Assembly: GCA_046563655.1 (NCBI GenBank)
Contig: CM102289.1
Coordinates: 1,612,001-1,676,000, forward strand
Length of the DNA stretch: 64,000 nucleotides
Direction: 5' to 3'
DNA from: Yuukianura sp. NJ FZ-2021
Lineage: Eukaryota
Below are positions 35,562 to 48,354 of the stretch, piece by piece (position 1 is the stretch's first letter; each line of letters starts with the position of its first letter). The translations under genes were made by a program, and so were the position numbers. The notes below the pieces were generated by a model. The model saw nothing but the letters and a program-made list of their open reading frames with translations, did no database searches and was not told the DNA's origin.

Positions 35562-36873
35562 CTTCGCTTTTTAAGCGTATTCACTCACAACAAAGTTTCA
35601 TGCGCATTACGGATTTTGTTACCTCCACTTTCAAATTCTGGATTCAAAACACTTTTGAACTTTTCAACTTTTTGTTCCTTCCATTTTTTGACTTTCTGAT
35701 AATTCAGATTTGCAATAAAAAAAATAGAATGATGAGGTTTTTGACACTACTGAAATACTTTTCCTGTTTTTGTCTGCGAATTTAACGTAGTAAGTGTGTT
35801 TCCGTTGGTTCTGTGGTTACCCTTTATCTGCTTACGCAAGGCGCAATAACGACAGTAGTCACTCACCTTCCACGTTAACACTGTCACTATTTGTGGAATT
35901 GTGACATACAAAATTAGTTTAGTTTTAAGTTATTCAACTAATTTGACTTTTAATTTCTGCTGCTCCTTGACACAGTTCATCCAAACAGAAACAATTGGAT
36001 TGGTGACACAAGTGAGATTCCGAGGTCAGCAATTAATTCAATTTCTGCAGAAATCTCCGGCTTGTGGAGTCAAAACTATTCGAAATTTTTGGAATCAACA
36101 AAAACGATCTGCGTAGAGTACATACTGTGACTAAAAGCAAAGATGAATGCGATTCCTTTTTGGTTGTTCCGCCACAGGGATAACAAGTGCCTAAATTCCT
36201 CGGAGAGATGAAGTGCTAAAAATAATTCGATTTGCATCTAACTGTTTCGCTTAATGAACTGAATAAGTTACACTTTGTCATTAAGGTGATTCTGTTCCTC
36301 ATCTCTGTTCCCAAGTATTTCAGTCTTACAGAAATACATGTTCAATCTGCGTTTCAAAAGTTGCAGTCTATACAGCCCCAAACCAGGTCTTGATTCAGGA
36401 ATTTTCTGTTTTGGAAATATGAAAATTGAAAAAGCATTTTAGATCAAAATTAAATTTGACCGGTGTGGAGCAAAGAGAGTAAAAATTGTCACAAGTAATT
36501 TTTCTCCGCACGGAAATCTGCAAAAACTAGCAGAAAACTCGTCAGCTTAATTAATTCACGTAAGGCTCGTGCCACTTGCATGCTAAAAAGCTAATGTAAA
36601 TTGTATAGGATAATTTTTTAGAATCACTCCTCACGTTTGAAATTTATTAAAATAAAAATGTCTGCACGAAGTCTTTGAAATTTTATTAACAATTCTTAGC
36701 ATGAAAATTCGGCTTCCAAAGCTAACCGGCTTTTTAACTTTTGTTTTATCTCACTCAAGGATTTGTGTCTTTAATGATTATGGGTTAGGTTGAAGTTATG
36801 TTAAAATAAAATTTAACTAGGTAACGTTTCTCTGATATTGTGGTAACACAGGCATCATGTTAAAAAAGACAAG

Positions 36874-36948
36874 TTAGACAGTAAGAACGAGGCTGATGAC
36901 ATTTTGCAGTACAATGTCTCCATAAATTGTGAGTGGATAGGCTTTGGC
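36874..36948 (-). pseudogene. 3'-terminal relic of a family B GR-like gene
   Basis: KAYPLTIYGDIVLQNVISLVLTV* matches the family B C-terminus. Flank 36500-36870 is homologous to 40150-40540 and 48010-48350. Confidence 0.75.
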
Positions 36949-37338
36949 AATATATAGATAGATACTAGGCAAAACTTCCCGGACATGGATTTCAAGTCAA
37001 ATGTTAAAAGTTTTATTGAAAATTAAGGTTTGCAGAAACTATTTATTAAAAAAAGTACCTAAATTACCCAATTTATTTCAAGTAAGGAAGGTGGCATTTG
37101 CCTGCTAAAAAACTAGTGTAAGAAGAATGAATTTTGATCATACCACACATCTTAATAAATTTTGTTCTAATAAGCAAAGTCCACACGAAGGTTTTAAAAT
37201 TTAATACTATGAACTATTAGCATAAGCTGAGACAAGAATTGAAAAGCCTTTTTCATTATTTGAAAGTCACCTACGGATTAAAGTAGACACAAAAGCAATA
37301 AAGTGGAAAAACGTTCTTCGCAATTTTTTTTTGACAAT

Positions 37339-39720
37339 ATGGCGGTGATATTCAATGCAAGCAAACAAATTTGTGGAATAACTCTAGCACTACTAGTCTT
37401 TATTTTATTTATTTGTGCCAGCAATTCCACCTTTTCTCCAAACTCGCATCACGTTCAACTTGAAATTCTTACGTTTTTCAATAGTTGTTGGACTGAATTT
37501 GTTGTAGTAAATTCTGCAAGAAGCGATCGTCTCGGACTTTGTCAAATTAATGCATCATTGAGTTTCCCGCTCGTTTTGACTTCTGATTCAGAATTTCCAG
37601 GGCCTGGATTTCACACTCTGGAGGTACTTCACATGCTCAAACTGAAGTTCAAGTGTCTCGCTTTCATTTTTTGTGGATTTGACAATCCAGAGAGTCACAC
37701 AGACGACCATTTTTCAATATTTCTGTGGCACTTGATGCGATACAGACACCTACGCAGTGGCGATGCAGCCGATCCGACACGAACCAAACACACGCGAAGC
37801 ATTCTACTAATGTGGTACAACCGGCCATTTAAAACTCAAAACAGCTTTATAGTTGCTATTGCTGAGAAAAATGTTTCGTATGACTTGTTTCGCGAACTCA
37901 AACTCGAATGTCGCTGTACCGTAATCCAAGTCGGTACGAACCGAAACGGTACCGTGGAACTGGAAATTATGAAACTTATGTACTTAGGTAAGCATTTTAC
38001 TGCTTTCAGAAAAGTTTATGATACGAGCATACAAGATATTCATAGTATTTGGTTGAACGAAATCCAAAATTATTTCACGAAGAATAACACGAAAGTTTTT
38101 AAGTTCATGTCCATGCTTGATTTTGGAATTGGCCGCCACTGTATAACTTCAGCGCCGTCACCGTTTGTCTTTTTGGACCCCGCGGAATTCAAATTTTCAA
38201 ATTACCACTTTGCCTACTTGCTTCTAAACTTCATCTCTGCTGGAAAATACAAAGCCTCTTACATAACTGCATTCTCACTGGATTTTAATTCCATTAATAT
38301 TCTACAGCAGGGGAACAAATCGTGCTATCCGCCTTGGACCTTGTTTACTGAAAAAGGAAATCGAAATATTTCGGAGGCAAATACCGTGTTTTTCCGAGAT
38401 ATTACCATATTCGACTGCATCAATATGATAACCCGCTACCGTTCTGGTGGCGGAGTCTTTGACGTTTTTACGGTAACTCTACCGCTATCAATAACTTTAA
38501 TACCGAGTACTTACGGTAACGAGTACAACTTTATCACATGTGACGGTCGCTATGCATCGGAAGATCCGTATGAAATGTACATCAAAGGATTTGATACCAC
38601 CGTGTGGGGAGTAATTGCGTTAACAATTGGCGCCGTTTTTGTTTTCACTTCTGTGTTAATCTGGAAGTCCAAATCGCAAGACGTTCTTTGGCTCATAATT
38701 TTTTCATTCCTCTTCGAAATTTCTGCTCAAGTTACCAAAACTTTGGCTCGAACTAGTCAATATTATTTTGTGGCACTTCCTATGATTTTGATTGGTCTTC
38801 TGTTGTCCAATGGCTATCGAGGATCCATAACAGCCAGATTGTCAGCGGCTCCACCTTGGAAAAAGCTTCAAACATTTGACGAAGTTATCAAACAAAATTA
38901 CTCAATCTTGAGCAGGTATGTACTTCCCACCGGGTATCAATTATTGTCACGTATATGTGACTTGGAAAATGGCACAGTCGGTACTGCTCAGGCGCGTAAA
39001 ATTGTTGGAGCTGACAATGAACTTACTATGCGTTTTCATGATTCGTTTCAACGTATAAACTATTTTCCCCAAAACAAAACAGCTCAAAAATTACTTTATA
39101 CACAACTTACAGACCAAAGTAGATTCCCAAAAAATTTTCCAGAAATTAACTGCTCTGCGTTAGTATTTACGCTACAAAAGTTGGAAAATTTGCATCCTAA
39201 CAACTTACTTTTGAGTGAAGTCAAAGAATGTCACAAGACCGTATATGCTATGCCAAGTGAAGACGTTTTTTTAACACATTTCAAAATTTTGAAAAATGGA
39301 ACCAAAAGGGCTGCTTACTTTGGAAATTCAGAGCGCGAGGAAATGAAGCTGTTCTACTTCGGAAGGAGACAGTACATTGTGTCTCTTATGGAAGAAAACT
39401 ATGACGATGTCTACATCAAACCCAATGTAGATGCGCTCTCTAGCGGTGGATTTTTGCATTACTGGGAAACACTAAGAATTTACCATGGAAAAATGAAGTT
39501 TCAAATTGATGAAGAAGAGTTTCAGTGGGAAATGGCAAAAGTTGCTCCGTTAGGACTAACTAAAAAATTTGCGACAATTTTTGTTCTGTTTGTTGGAGGA
39601 ATTGCAGTGTCATTTTTGATATGCGTTAAAGAGGTCGTGGTCGTTTATGCTAAAAAGTTGTGGAAAATACTTCGATTGTGTTATATAAGAAATACCGTGG
39701 TTACTTCTTTAAAAAGCTAA
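37339..39720 (+). CDS. Divergent ionotropic receptor (IR/iGluR-like), intronless, copy 1
   Basis: Signal peptide, long ectodomain, YNFITCDG, M1 GFDTTVWGVIAL, M3 LLSNGYRGSITARL (SYTANL-equivalent), M4 PLGLTKKFATIFVLFVGGIAVSF..E. Confidence 0.8.
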   Translation: MAVIFNASKQICGITLALLVFILFICASNSTFSPNSHHVQLEILTFFNSCWTEFVVVNSARSDRLGLCQINASLSFPLVLTSDSEFPGPGFHTLEVLHMLKLKFKCLAFIFCGFDNPESHTDDHFSIFLWHLMRYRHLRSGDAADPTRTKHTRSILLMWYNRPFKTQNSFIVAIAEKNVSYDLFRELKLECRCTVIQVGTNRNGTVELEIMKLMYLGKHFTAFRKVYDTSIQDIHSIWLNEIQNYFTKNNTKVFKFMSMLDFGIGRHCITSAPSPFVFLDPAEFKFSNYHFAYLLLNFISAGKYKASYITAFSLDFNSINILQQGNKSCYPPWTLFTEKGNRNISEANTVFFRDITIFDCINMITRYRSGGGVFDVFTVTLPLSITLIPSTYGNEYNFITCDGRYASEDPYEMYIKGFDTTVWGVIALTIGAVFVFTSVLIWKSKSQDVLWLIIFSFLFEISAQVTKTLARTSQYYFVALPMILIGLLLSNGYRGSITARLSAAPPWKKLQTFDEVIKQNYSILSRYVLPTGYQLLSRICDLENGTVGTAQARKIVGADNELTMRFHDSFQRINYFPQNKTAQKLLYTQLTDQSRFPKNFPEINCSALVFTLQKLENLHPNNLLLSEVKECHKTVYAMPSEDVFLTHFKILKNGTKRAAYFGNSEREEMKLFYFGRRQYIVSLMEENYDDVYIKPNVDALSSGGFLHYWETLRIYHGKMKFQIDEEEFQWEMAKVAPLGLTKKFATIFVLFVGGIAVSFLICVKEVVVVYAKKLWKILRLCYIRNTVVTSLKS

Positions 39721-40543
39721 TACTTCGAGCAACAACTGCCGCAAAGTAGTGGTGTGCGTTTTCGTGGATTTTTAAACAACCTGTGAAAATCGTTTTTAGT
39801 ATAATGGGATTAAGCAAAGTTTGTTTTCAGTAAAGATTTTTTGTCTGCTTTTCTTGGAAGTTTACTTGAAATTTCCATTTTTTATGCTAATAATTTTTGG
39901 TTCTGAACTTCATATGTAGAATTATATATTAACTGCGCTTAAAATTTGTAGTAAAAGCAATTTAGTTTGCGTTTGTTATTGAAATCTTGGGGCAAAGCAT
40001 TGAGTACGGTTTCAAAACCCAAAAAAAAAATTTGTTCAGCTTTAAATAGTGTCTAAAAACTAAAATGTCAAGCAAAATGAAATACTTTGTATTGTGAATC
40101 TAGTACTATAGGCAGGCGGTTCAAGGAAAAAAAAACTATGCCTTTTCTCAGCACGGAAGTCTACAAAAACTTGTAGAAAACTCGTCAGCTTAATTAATTC
40201 ACGTAAGGCTCCCTCGAGCCTTACGTGCTTAGCCATTGCATGCTAAAAAGCTAATGCAAAATGTATATGATAATTTTTTAGAATCACTTATCAAGTTTGA
40301 AATTTTGTTTTTGAGATTTATTAAAATAAAATATGTCTGCACGAAGTTTTTGAAATTTTATTAGCAATTCTTAGCATAAAAATTTGGCTTCCAAACCTAA
40401 CCCGTTTTTTAAATTTTGTTTTATTTCATTCAAGGATTTATGTATTTAATGATTATGAGTTAGGTTGAAGTTATGCTAAAAATTCAACTAGATAATATTC
40501 CTGTGATATTGTGCTAATGCAGGCATCAGGTTAGAAAAACAGG

Positions 40544-42303
40544 TTAGAAAGTAAGGATAAGGGTGATGACATTTTGGAGTACAATGTCTCCATAAATTGT
40601 GAGAAGATAGGCTTTGGTATCCAAGACAAAGTGTTCTCCAACTTTGAGTTCAATTGGCTTCCTTGAGATCCAAAACTTTTTAGAAAATGGCGTAGAGTTG
40701 CGTAACATAAATTTGCCAGCACTGATACACTTGCTAGAGTTGTCGCGACAGGCGACAGCCAAGCTGATTGCTTCCGTCATGATAAAGAGAATTACTACGG
40801 TAATCATCATGAAAACTATAAGAATGGTGAGATACTGCATATTGAGTAGTCTAACAAAAGTATAACAAAATAATATGAGTGTTATAATTGCGGTGTACAG
40901 AATGAATTGGACGGCGCCAGCAAACACGTCGTTTCCAAACTTGTTCATGACCTGGTGACACGCGTATATAGAATACTGCTCGTCTAGTCTTGCGTCGTAT
41001 TGCATAGTTTTGCTATCCAGAAAACATATTTTGCATTTTTTTTTACAATTTACAACTGAACATACATATTATAGTACCTCAATTTTTGCAGCCAGTGGCG
41101 TGTTGCATTGGTGTATAGCAAGGCGCAGTTAGCAAAGAGAAGCACAGCCGACGATCCAACGATATATTGCAAAGATATGAGTAGCATCACGATTATACTC
41201 ACTGCAGTAACGACAAGTTGCTCTTCTACTCCAAAACAATACACCATAATTGTTTTCATTATGAGATAATACGTTTGACTAATTTGGGTGTCGATGAGTA
41301 CAAAAAATATTATAATCCCCGGTATGAAAAATATTCGGCCATAGAAAAACATCATAAAAAGAACTTTTATCACCACTTCGCACCCATCTTTTTCCTTTGA
41401 ATTTAGCGTCAACTTGTAAGATTTGCCTAAAGACAAAATCAAAATTAACCTTAATTGGAAACCTAGGCTGACTACAACACGAAATCTCCCAACTGTATCT
41501 ACCAGAAAACAACGCCATCTCTTTTCATCTCTTTTCCCCAAAAGTTTGTACAACAAACTTCGCGCAAAAAATTTGAAATTTTTGGATATCCTATATTCAG
41601 GGGTCCTTTGCCTGGCGCCGCAAGCCTAGCTTCTAATAACCAGTAATAACGTTATTAAAAATTAAAAACGAGGCGTCCGACGGAAATCCCCCATACATTG
41701 ACCTCAGTTATGGGGGTAACCACGTATATCTACTGTGGTGGGACGGTATGCGTGCGCACCCATCCTCCGCTCCGCACGTATAATCGAAAACCCGCTATTT
41801 CTGTGAGAACAAAGAAACAGCGTTCTCGTCTGGTAGATGCAGTTGGGGATTTCCGATTTCAAGATGTTAATTGGTTTATGTGAGGTTACTGTGTGTTAAG
41901 GATATAGTATTAAAAATACAAATTGTAAATTGGTATGATGAAACTCACGTAGTCCATTATAGAATTGCAAGAATGTTGAGACTATTGATAAAATTTGTTC
42001 CCTGAGTGTAAAATGCCAGATTTGCATTCCACACATCAATACCGTAATAGCAACTCCTCCAATCAAAAACACTAACGCCGCTTTTTCAAGGCGTAGAAGT
42101 ACCGCAGACACAATATAGATTAAGAAAGCGACGAAATTTGTCATAAGACTCACTGCTGTAATGGCCTTGGAAATAATTTTGTTCTTACTTTCAATTGTTA
42201 TTAACTCATTGCCTTGAAGTACAATTTTAAAATTATATGTCTTCAATTTGTAGCCATCCTGAAACAATTTTAGTGCATATTTCCACGTTTGTTCCGATAA
42301 CAT
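40544..42303 (-). CDS. GR-like 7TM chemoreceptor, family B copy 1 (exons 42303-41949, 41462-41078, 41012-40544; 402 aa)
   Basis: GT-AG joins keep frame (1209 nt). Multiple TMs; C-terminus KFWISRKPIELKVGEHFVLDTKAYLLTIYGDIVLQNVITLILTF is homologous to the family A end. Confidence 0.8.
41476..41860. mobile_element. MITE-like insertion in intron 1 of copy B1
   Basis: Absent in the paralog intron. Imperfect inverted repeats gaaatctcccaactgtatctaccaga / tctggtagatgcagttggggatttc. Ends and TSD not resolved. Confidence 0.55.
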
Positions 42304-42721
42304 TTTCTAATGTTGTCCATATGTTACAATTCAAAATGGAATTTCAATATTTCGATTTCTAAGATACCTGAGTGTACTGAATGGTAATGGTACGGAAAAG
42401 AGAATGGTATACATAACACCCAGTTCCTAAAATTAATCTACGTCAATGGTGACGCCCATTTAGGTTATATAAAGTTATAACATAATTTAAAAGCAGCTTC
42501 CTGCTATTTGGCAGCATTAAATTTTGACGAATTAAGAGTGCTAGAAAAGTGAAAAGTTTGGCATAGAAGTATGGAACAGGAAATTAAATTTTATGGGTTA
42601 TGTCTCTTCTAAACATAAAAAAATATCATCGGATAATCCGCGTATACAAAAGTATGAAAAGATAGCATTGGTCATGTACCTATATACAGTAATATATCGT
42701 AAATTTAACATTTTTAACATA

Positions 42722-43216
42722 ACCCATCTTTTTCCTTCAAATTTAGCGGCAACTTGTAAGATTTGACTAAGGACAAAATCAAAATTAACCTTAATTCGAA
42801 ACCTATACTAATTACAGATTAAGGAAATAGTATGAAAAATGTAAATTCGTATGATGAAACTCACGTAGTCCATTATTGAATTGCATGAATGTTGAGAGAA
42901 TTGACATTTGTTCACTGAGTGTAAAATGCCACATTTGCATTCCAAACAGCAATACCGTAATAGCAACTCCCCCAATCATAAACACCATCGCCGCTTTTTC
43001 ATGGCGTAAAAGTACAGCAGACACAATACAGATTAAAAAAGCGAGGAAATTTGTCATAAGACTCACTGCTGTAATGGCCTTGAAGATAATTTTGCTCTTA
43101 CTTTCAATTGTTATTAACTCATTGCCTTGACGTACAATTTTAAAATTAGACGTCTTCAATTCGTAGCCATCCTGAAATAATTTTAGTGCATATTTCCACG
43201 TTTGTTCCGATAACAT
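42722..43216 (-). pseudogene. Truncated family B GR-like copy 2 (exon 1 plus ~25 codons of exon 2)
   Basis: Exon 1 and intron match copy B3; homology stops abruptly after LKEKDG at ~42722. Confidence 0.8.
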
Positions 43217-44221
43217 TTTCTAATGTTGTCAATATGTTACAGTTCAAAATGGAATTTTGATATTTTGAGTTCTAAGATGCTTTGGTGTACTGAATGGTAA
43301 TGGTATTGAAAAGGGAATGGTATACATAACACCACGCTCCTAAAATTAATCTATGTCAATGGCAACGCCCATTAGGTTATAAACGTTATACCATAATTTA
43401 AAAGTCAGCTTCCTGCTACTTGGCAGCATTAAATTTTGACGAATTGAGAATGCCACAAAAAGAAAAGTTTGACGTAGAAGTATGGAACAGGAAATTAAAT
43501 TTTATGGGCTATGTCTCGTCTAAATAAAAAAAAATATCACCGAATCATACGGGTATACAAAAGTATTAAAAGATAGCATTCGTCATGCACCGATACAATG
43601 TAAGATATCGGAAATTTACCATTCACCTCCGTAATATCAACTGACTGTCGGATGGACAGACCGACAGACAAGACCATTGCATAAAGTTACAAGTAATAGA
43701 TAAAATTTAAATGTAAAAAACAGTTTACACAATTTGAGTGCCGTCTAAATTATCGATGTGGGAAGGTTGTTGGCAATTTCAGTTTCCATGGAAGCCGGTG
43801 GTATAGCCGGAATATCAGTATAGACGGTTCACAAGCCAAGAAAGAAAAGTACTACTACGCCTTTTCTTGGATTAAAACCGGTTATTAAAAATTCTAAGCA
43901 CGAAAGTTTGGAAAGATACCGAAAACGATCATCACTTTAATTCAAGTAGGAAACGTGCCCTTTTCATGCTAAGAAAAAAACAATCTATAATGTATATGCT
44001 AACTTTCATAATCACTCCCGTCTAAAATTTAGTCATTGAATTTTATTAAAATTTAAGAAAATTGTCGACACGAAGCATTTCAAATTTTATTAACACTTTT
44101 TGGAACGAGCCGAAATTTCATTTGACAGTTCTTCGATATGTGAATGCCAACTTCGTATAAGAGCCGAAACGAACAAGAGAGGTAAGAATTTCCGCTCAAC
44201 TTGTTTTTTTTTGTTGCAATT

Positions 44222-47200
44222 ATGGAGGTGATTTTCAACACAACCAAAAACATTTCTGGAATAACTTTAGTACTAGTATTTATTTGCGCAACCAATTCTG
44301 CGATTTCTCCAAACTCGCATCAAGTTCAACTGGAAATTTTAACATTTTTCAATAGTTGTTGGACTGAATTTGTTGTCGTAAATTCTGAAAGGAACGAGAT
44401 TTTAGGACAATGTCAAGTCAATACATCGCTAGATTTCCCACTAGTTTTGAATTTTGATTCAAAACCAAATGGACCGGGATTCAAAAGTTTGGCGGTAAAC
44501 CAAACTTTGACACTCAACTTTAAATGTCTCGCTGTCATTTACTGTGGAGTTGACAACCGAGACACTGTTATAAAGTACAACGACACAAATTTTCATAAAA
44601 ATATACAACGTTACCCACATTTGGCAACGGGCGATGTGGCTGATCCGACCCGGATAAATAACCGGAGTGAAGCTTTGTTGTGGTACAATCGCCTTTTCAA
44701 AACGCAAAAAAGCTTTATTGTGTCAATTGTGGAACAAAGAATTTCGCAAAGACTGTTTCACTTTTTCAAAATTGAATGTCGGTGTACCGTAATCCAAGTC
44801 GGTATGAACCGAAATGGTACCGTTGAATTGGAACTCATGAAGCTCATGTACGGAATCGAATTTACCATTTCGAAACAAATGTCTGACTTGACCTCAGGCG
44901 TACAGGCCATTCACCGTGTTTGGTTGGACAAAATTAGTAGTTTATTTAAAAATGATACAAAAGTGTTCAAATTGTTTTCGGCGATTGAGCTTGGACTTAA
45001 TCACCACTGTGTCGCCTCAGCACCGACTCCGTCTATTCTATTGAAGCCCACAGAACTAAAATTTTCAAACTACCATTTTGCCTACTTACTTATCAATTTC
45101 CTTTCATGTGGAAAATATAAAGTGTCATATGTAGTTGGGATTGCAACCGACTCAAAATCGGGCATTCGAGACCAAGGAAACGCAACCTGTTTTTCGCATC
45201 AAAAGTTAAATTACACCACCGGACCCAGACTTTTTGCAGAAGTAAATACTATTGTTTTCCGTGACTTTACTGTGCAAGACTACTCAGATCTGTTTTCCAA
45301 ACCAACCGATTCAGAAAGTTGGAAAATATTCATAACGACACTTCCGATGACAATGACGGTCATTCCGAGTACATATGGAAACGAGTATAACTTTATAACG
45401 TGCGACGGTAAGTATGCGTCCGAACATCCATATGAAGTGTACATTAAAGCATTTGACACAACAGCTTGGGTAGTAATTGCCTTCACAATTGGTGGAGTTT
45501 TAATGTTTACCTCCGTTTTAATCCGGAAACTCAAATCACAGGACAAACCGTGGCTAATAATTTTTGCCTCTCTACTGGAAATTTCACCTCAAGTAACCAC
45601 TACATTAGCAGCAAGCGTTCACTACAACTTTGTGGCCATTCCAATGATTTTCCTGGGACTTTTGTTCTCCAATGGCTATAGAGGATCGCTCACAGCTAGA
45701 CTTACTTTGGCACCTCCTTGGAAAGGGGTTGACACTTTTGATGAAGTGATGACCAACAACTACTCCATTCTTAGGGCGCATTCACACTATGTCAAAAGTA
45801 TCTAGCAACTAGTTGCTAGGAACTTCGGGTAACTTTTTCGTTTTTTGAGGTTCCTGTTCACATTAGCAAAGATTTTCAAGGAACTTTTCCGCAGGGAACT
45901 AGGAACAAGTTACTAGGTACTTGTTCTCTCAACTTTACATTTTTGATGTGAACGCATCTAGTAACTTTTCCATTTTCATTCTGTCTTATCAGCTGTGTCG
46001 ACACAAACTTAATTAAAAACGAAGGTACATCATAATGGTTGTTTTTACTGACACATGATGTTAAAGCATTATGTACTAGTAACAGATCGATCTTGACCTG
46101 GAAGCAGGTCATCTTGGGTTATGGGAAAAGGTCAAGCCATTGCTCAAGTTCCGGTGTCAACTGTACTAGGTAATGAGGTGGAAGGTCCAGGTCATCGTTG
46201 TTGGTCAATAACCAGTCAGGTCAGCTGGGTCGACCTGGTCACCTCACTACTGACGTAGTACAAGTATATGCTGTAGTACAATGTCGTACTGATATCGACA
46301 GAAACGTGGAGGTGATTGGGTCGACCCGCTGACCCTGTCTTAGCGAATATCGGGCGTGATGTAGCCCAAGTACTTGCTTCTGGGAGTTTAACTTAATGAA
46401 ATTCCGAATAATGTACTTAATTAGAATTAAAACGTACTTAATTAATCCTAAATACGGTACTTTTCATTTCAAAAACAGATGAAATTATTAAACAATTGAA
46501 AATCGGTTTGAAATTAGCGGGTCGACCCGCAAAAAGAAAACAAAACTTGAAGTGAGGCAATGTGAGACAAAATGAGCCAATCAGAAGCGAGGAACTTTTT
46601 TGGAAAGGAAAAGTTGAGTGATCGCTTCACTCACCAAAAGTTCTCTCAACTTTTGGTGCTAGCACCAAAAGTTCATAGAACTTTTGGTCCTAGTGTGAAC
46701 ACACAAGTTTCGGGAACACGGAACTTTTGTTGCTAGGTACTTTCCGCTCAGCTGTGCGGAAAGTTCCTAGCAACTTCTCTCTAGTGTGAACGCAAGTTCC
46801 CTCAAGTTCCCGAAACAAGTTCCTTGGTGCTAGGAACTTTTGGTCTAGTGTGAATGCAACCTTAGTAAACATCTCTTTGCAGCTCATAAAATGTTTGTAA
46901 TTGAATGCCACACGAGAAGTTACAGTGACACTGATCGCAGCAGCGCTAGATCTTATTTTGATTTTTTGGTTCGCGTCTCAAATGCATTTCACCACATGGC
47001 TATCATTTCACCGGAAAAGAAAGAGGAATACACTGCTTTGCACATGCGTCTCTCGAATCAAGTCAGATTTCCAAAAGGTTACCAAAACTTCAATTGCTCA
47101 ATCACAGACGCCATACCTTCACTTGGGCTCGATAAAGTTTTACAAGCAATTATTGCAAACACGCACCAAAACAATTTCATTCTAGACGAGCTCCAAAATT

Positions 47201-47688
47201 GTAGTAGAACAGTCTATGCTCTGCCGAATGAAGATGTATTTTTAACCCGTTTTAGAAAAACTTTCGAAAATGGAACTCGAAAGGTTGCTTATTTTGGTAA
47301 ACTAGAAAGGAAGGAAATGATGCCGTTTCACTTTGGAAGTAGACAGTACTTGATATCTCTAATGGAGGAAGATTATAACAACCTCTATATTAAATCCAAT
47401 GTAGATGCGCTCTCTACCGGGGGATTTCTGCACTACTGGGAAACTCTAAGAACATACCACGGCAAAAGGAATTTTGAAATTGACGAAATAGAGTTTCAGC
47501 GGGAAATGGCAAAAGTAGTTCCGTTGGGACTAACTGAAAAATTTGGAACGATTTTTGTCCTGTTTCTTGGGGGAATTGCAGTGTCATTTTTAATCATACT
47601 TAAAGAAATTGTTTTCACTGAGAAACTGCTCAAAGAACTTGGACTGTGTTGTCAAGGGAAAATTTTGGTAACTTATTTGAAAAATTAA
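44222..47688 (+). pseudogene. Divergent IR copy 2, interrupted by a Harbinger MITE (coding 44222-45773, 46865-47688)
   Basis: Near-identical to intact copy 4. Removing the insert restores NNYSILSKHLFAAHKMF. Confidence 0.85.
45774..46861. mobile_element. PIF/Harbinger (Tourist-like) non-autonomous element, 1088 bp
   Basis: TTA TSD (45771-73, 46862-64). TIRs gggcgcattcacacta / revcomp ggttgcattcacacta. Many subterminal ctaggaactt and tagtgtgaa repeats. Empty site at ~58017. Confidence 0.88.
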
Positions 47689-48354
47689 AACTTGAGCAAA
47701 ATTAGTTTTAATGAAGTTGTGTACGTTTTCGTTTATTTTTAATTAAGATTTAAAACTATGTTGAGTGTGATGGTTTTTAGCAACGTGTGTTTTCAGCATA
47801 GATTTTTCGTTTGCATTCCTTGGAACTTTGCTTGAAACATGAGTTGGAACTAAATCCGGAAGAATCCGAAGAGGGTGATTCGCATTCGGATTTTTGTGGA
47901 ATTTTCAATTCTGGGAATTCCACTCTTGATGCTCCCCTTGTTGATTTTGCAGCTCCAATTGATACAGAACTGAATTCAGATTTTGAATCAGCAACTTCAA
48001 ACTCAAGAAAACTCTTCAGCTTAATTAATTCATGTAAGGCTCGTGCCCGTTGCATGGTAAAAAGCTAATGAAAAATTTAGATACTAATTTTTTAGAATCA
48101 CTCCTCACATTTGTTTTTGAAATTTATTAAAATACGAAGTTTCTGCACGAAGTTTTTGAAATTTTATTAGCAATTCTTTTCATGAAAATTCGGCTTCCAA
48201 AACTAACCGGTTTTTTAACTTTTGTTTTATTTCGTTCAAGGATTTGTGGCTTTAATGATTATGGGTTAAGTTGAAGTTATGTTAAAATAAAATTTAACTA
48301 GGTAACATTTCTCTGATATTGTGGTAAGGCAGGTATCAGGTTAAAAAAGAGACG

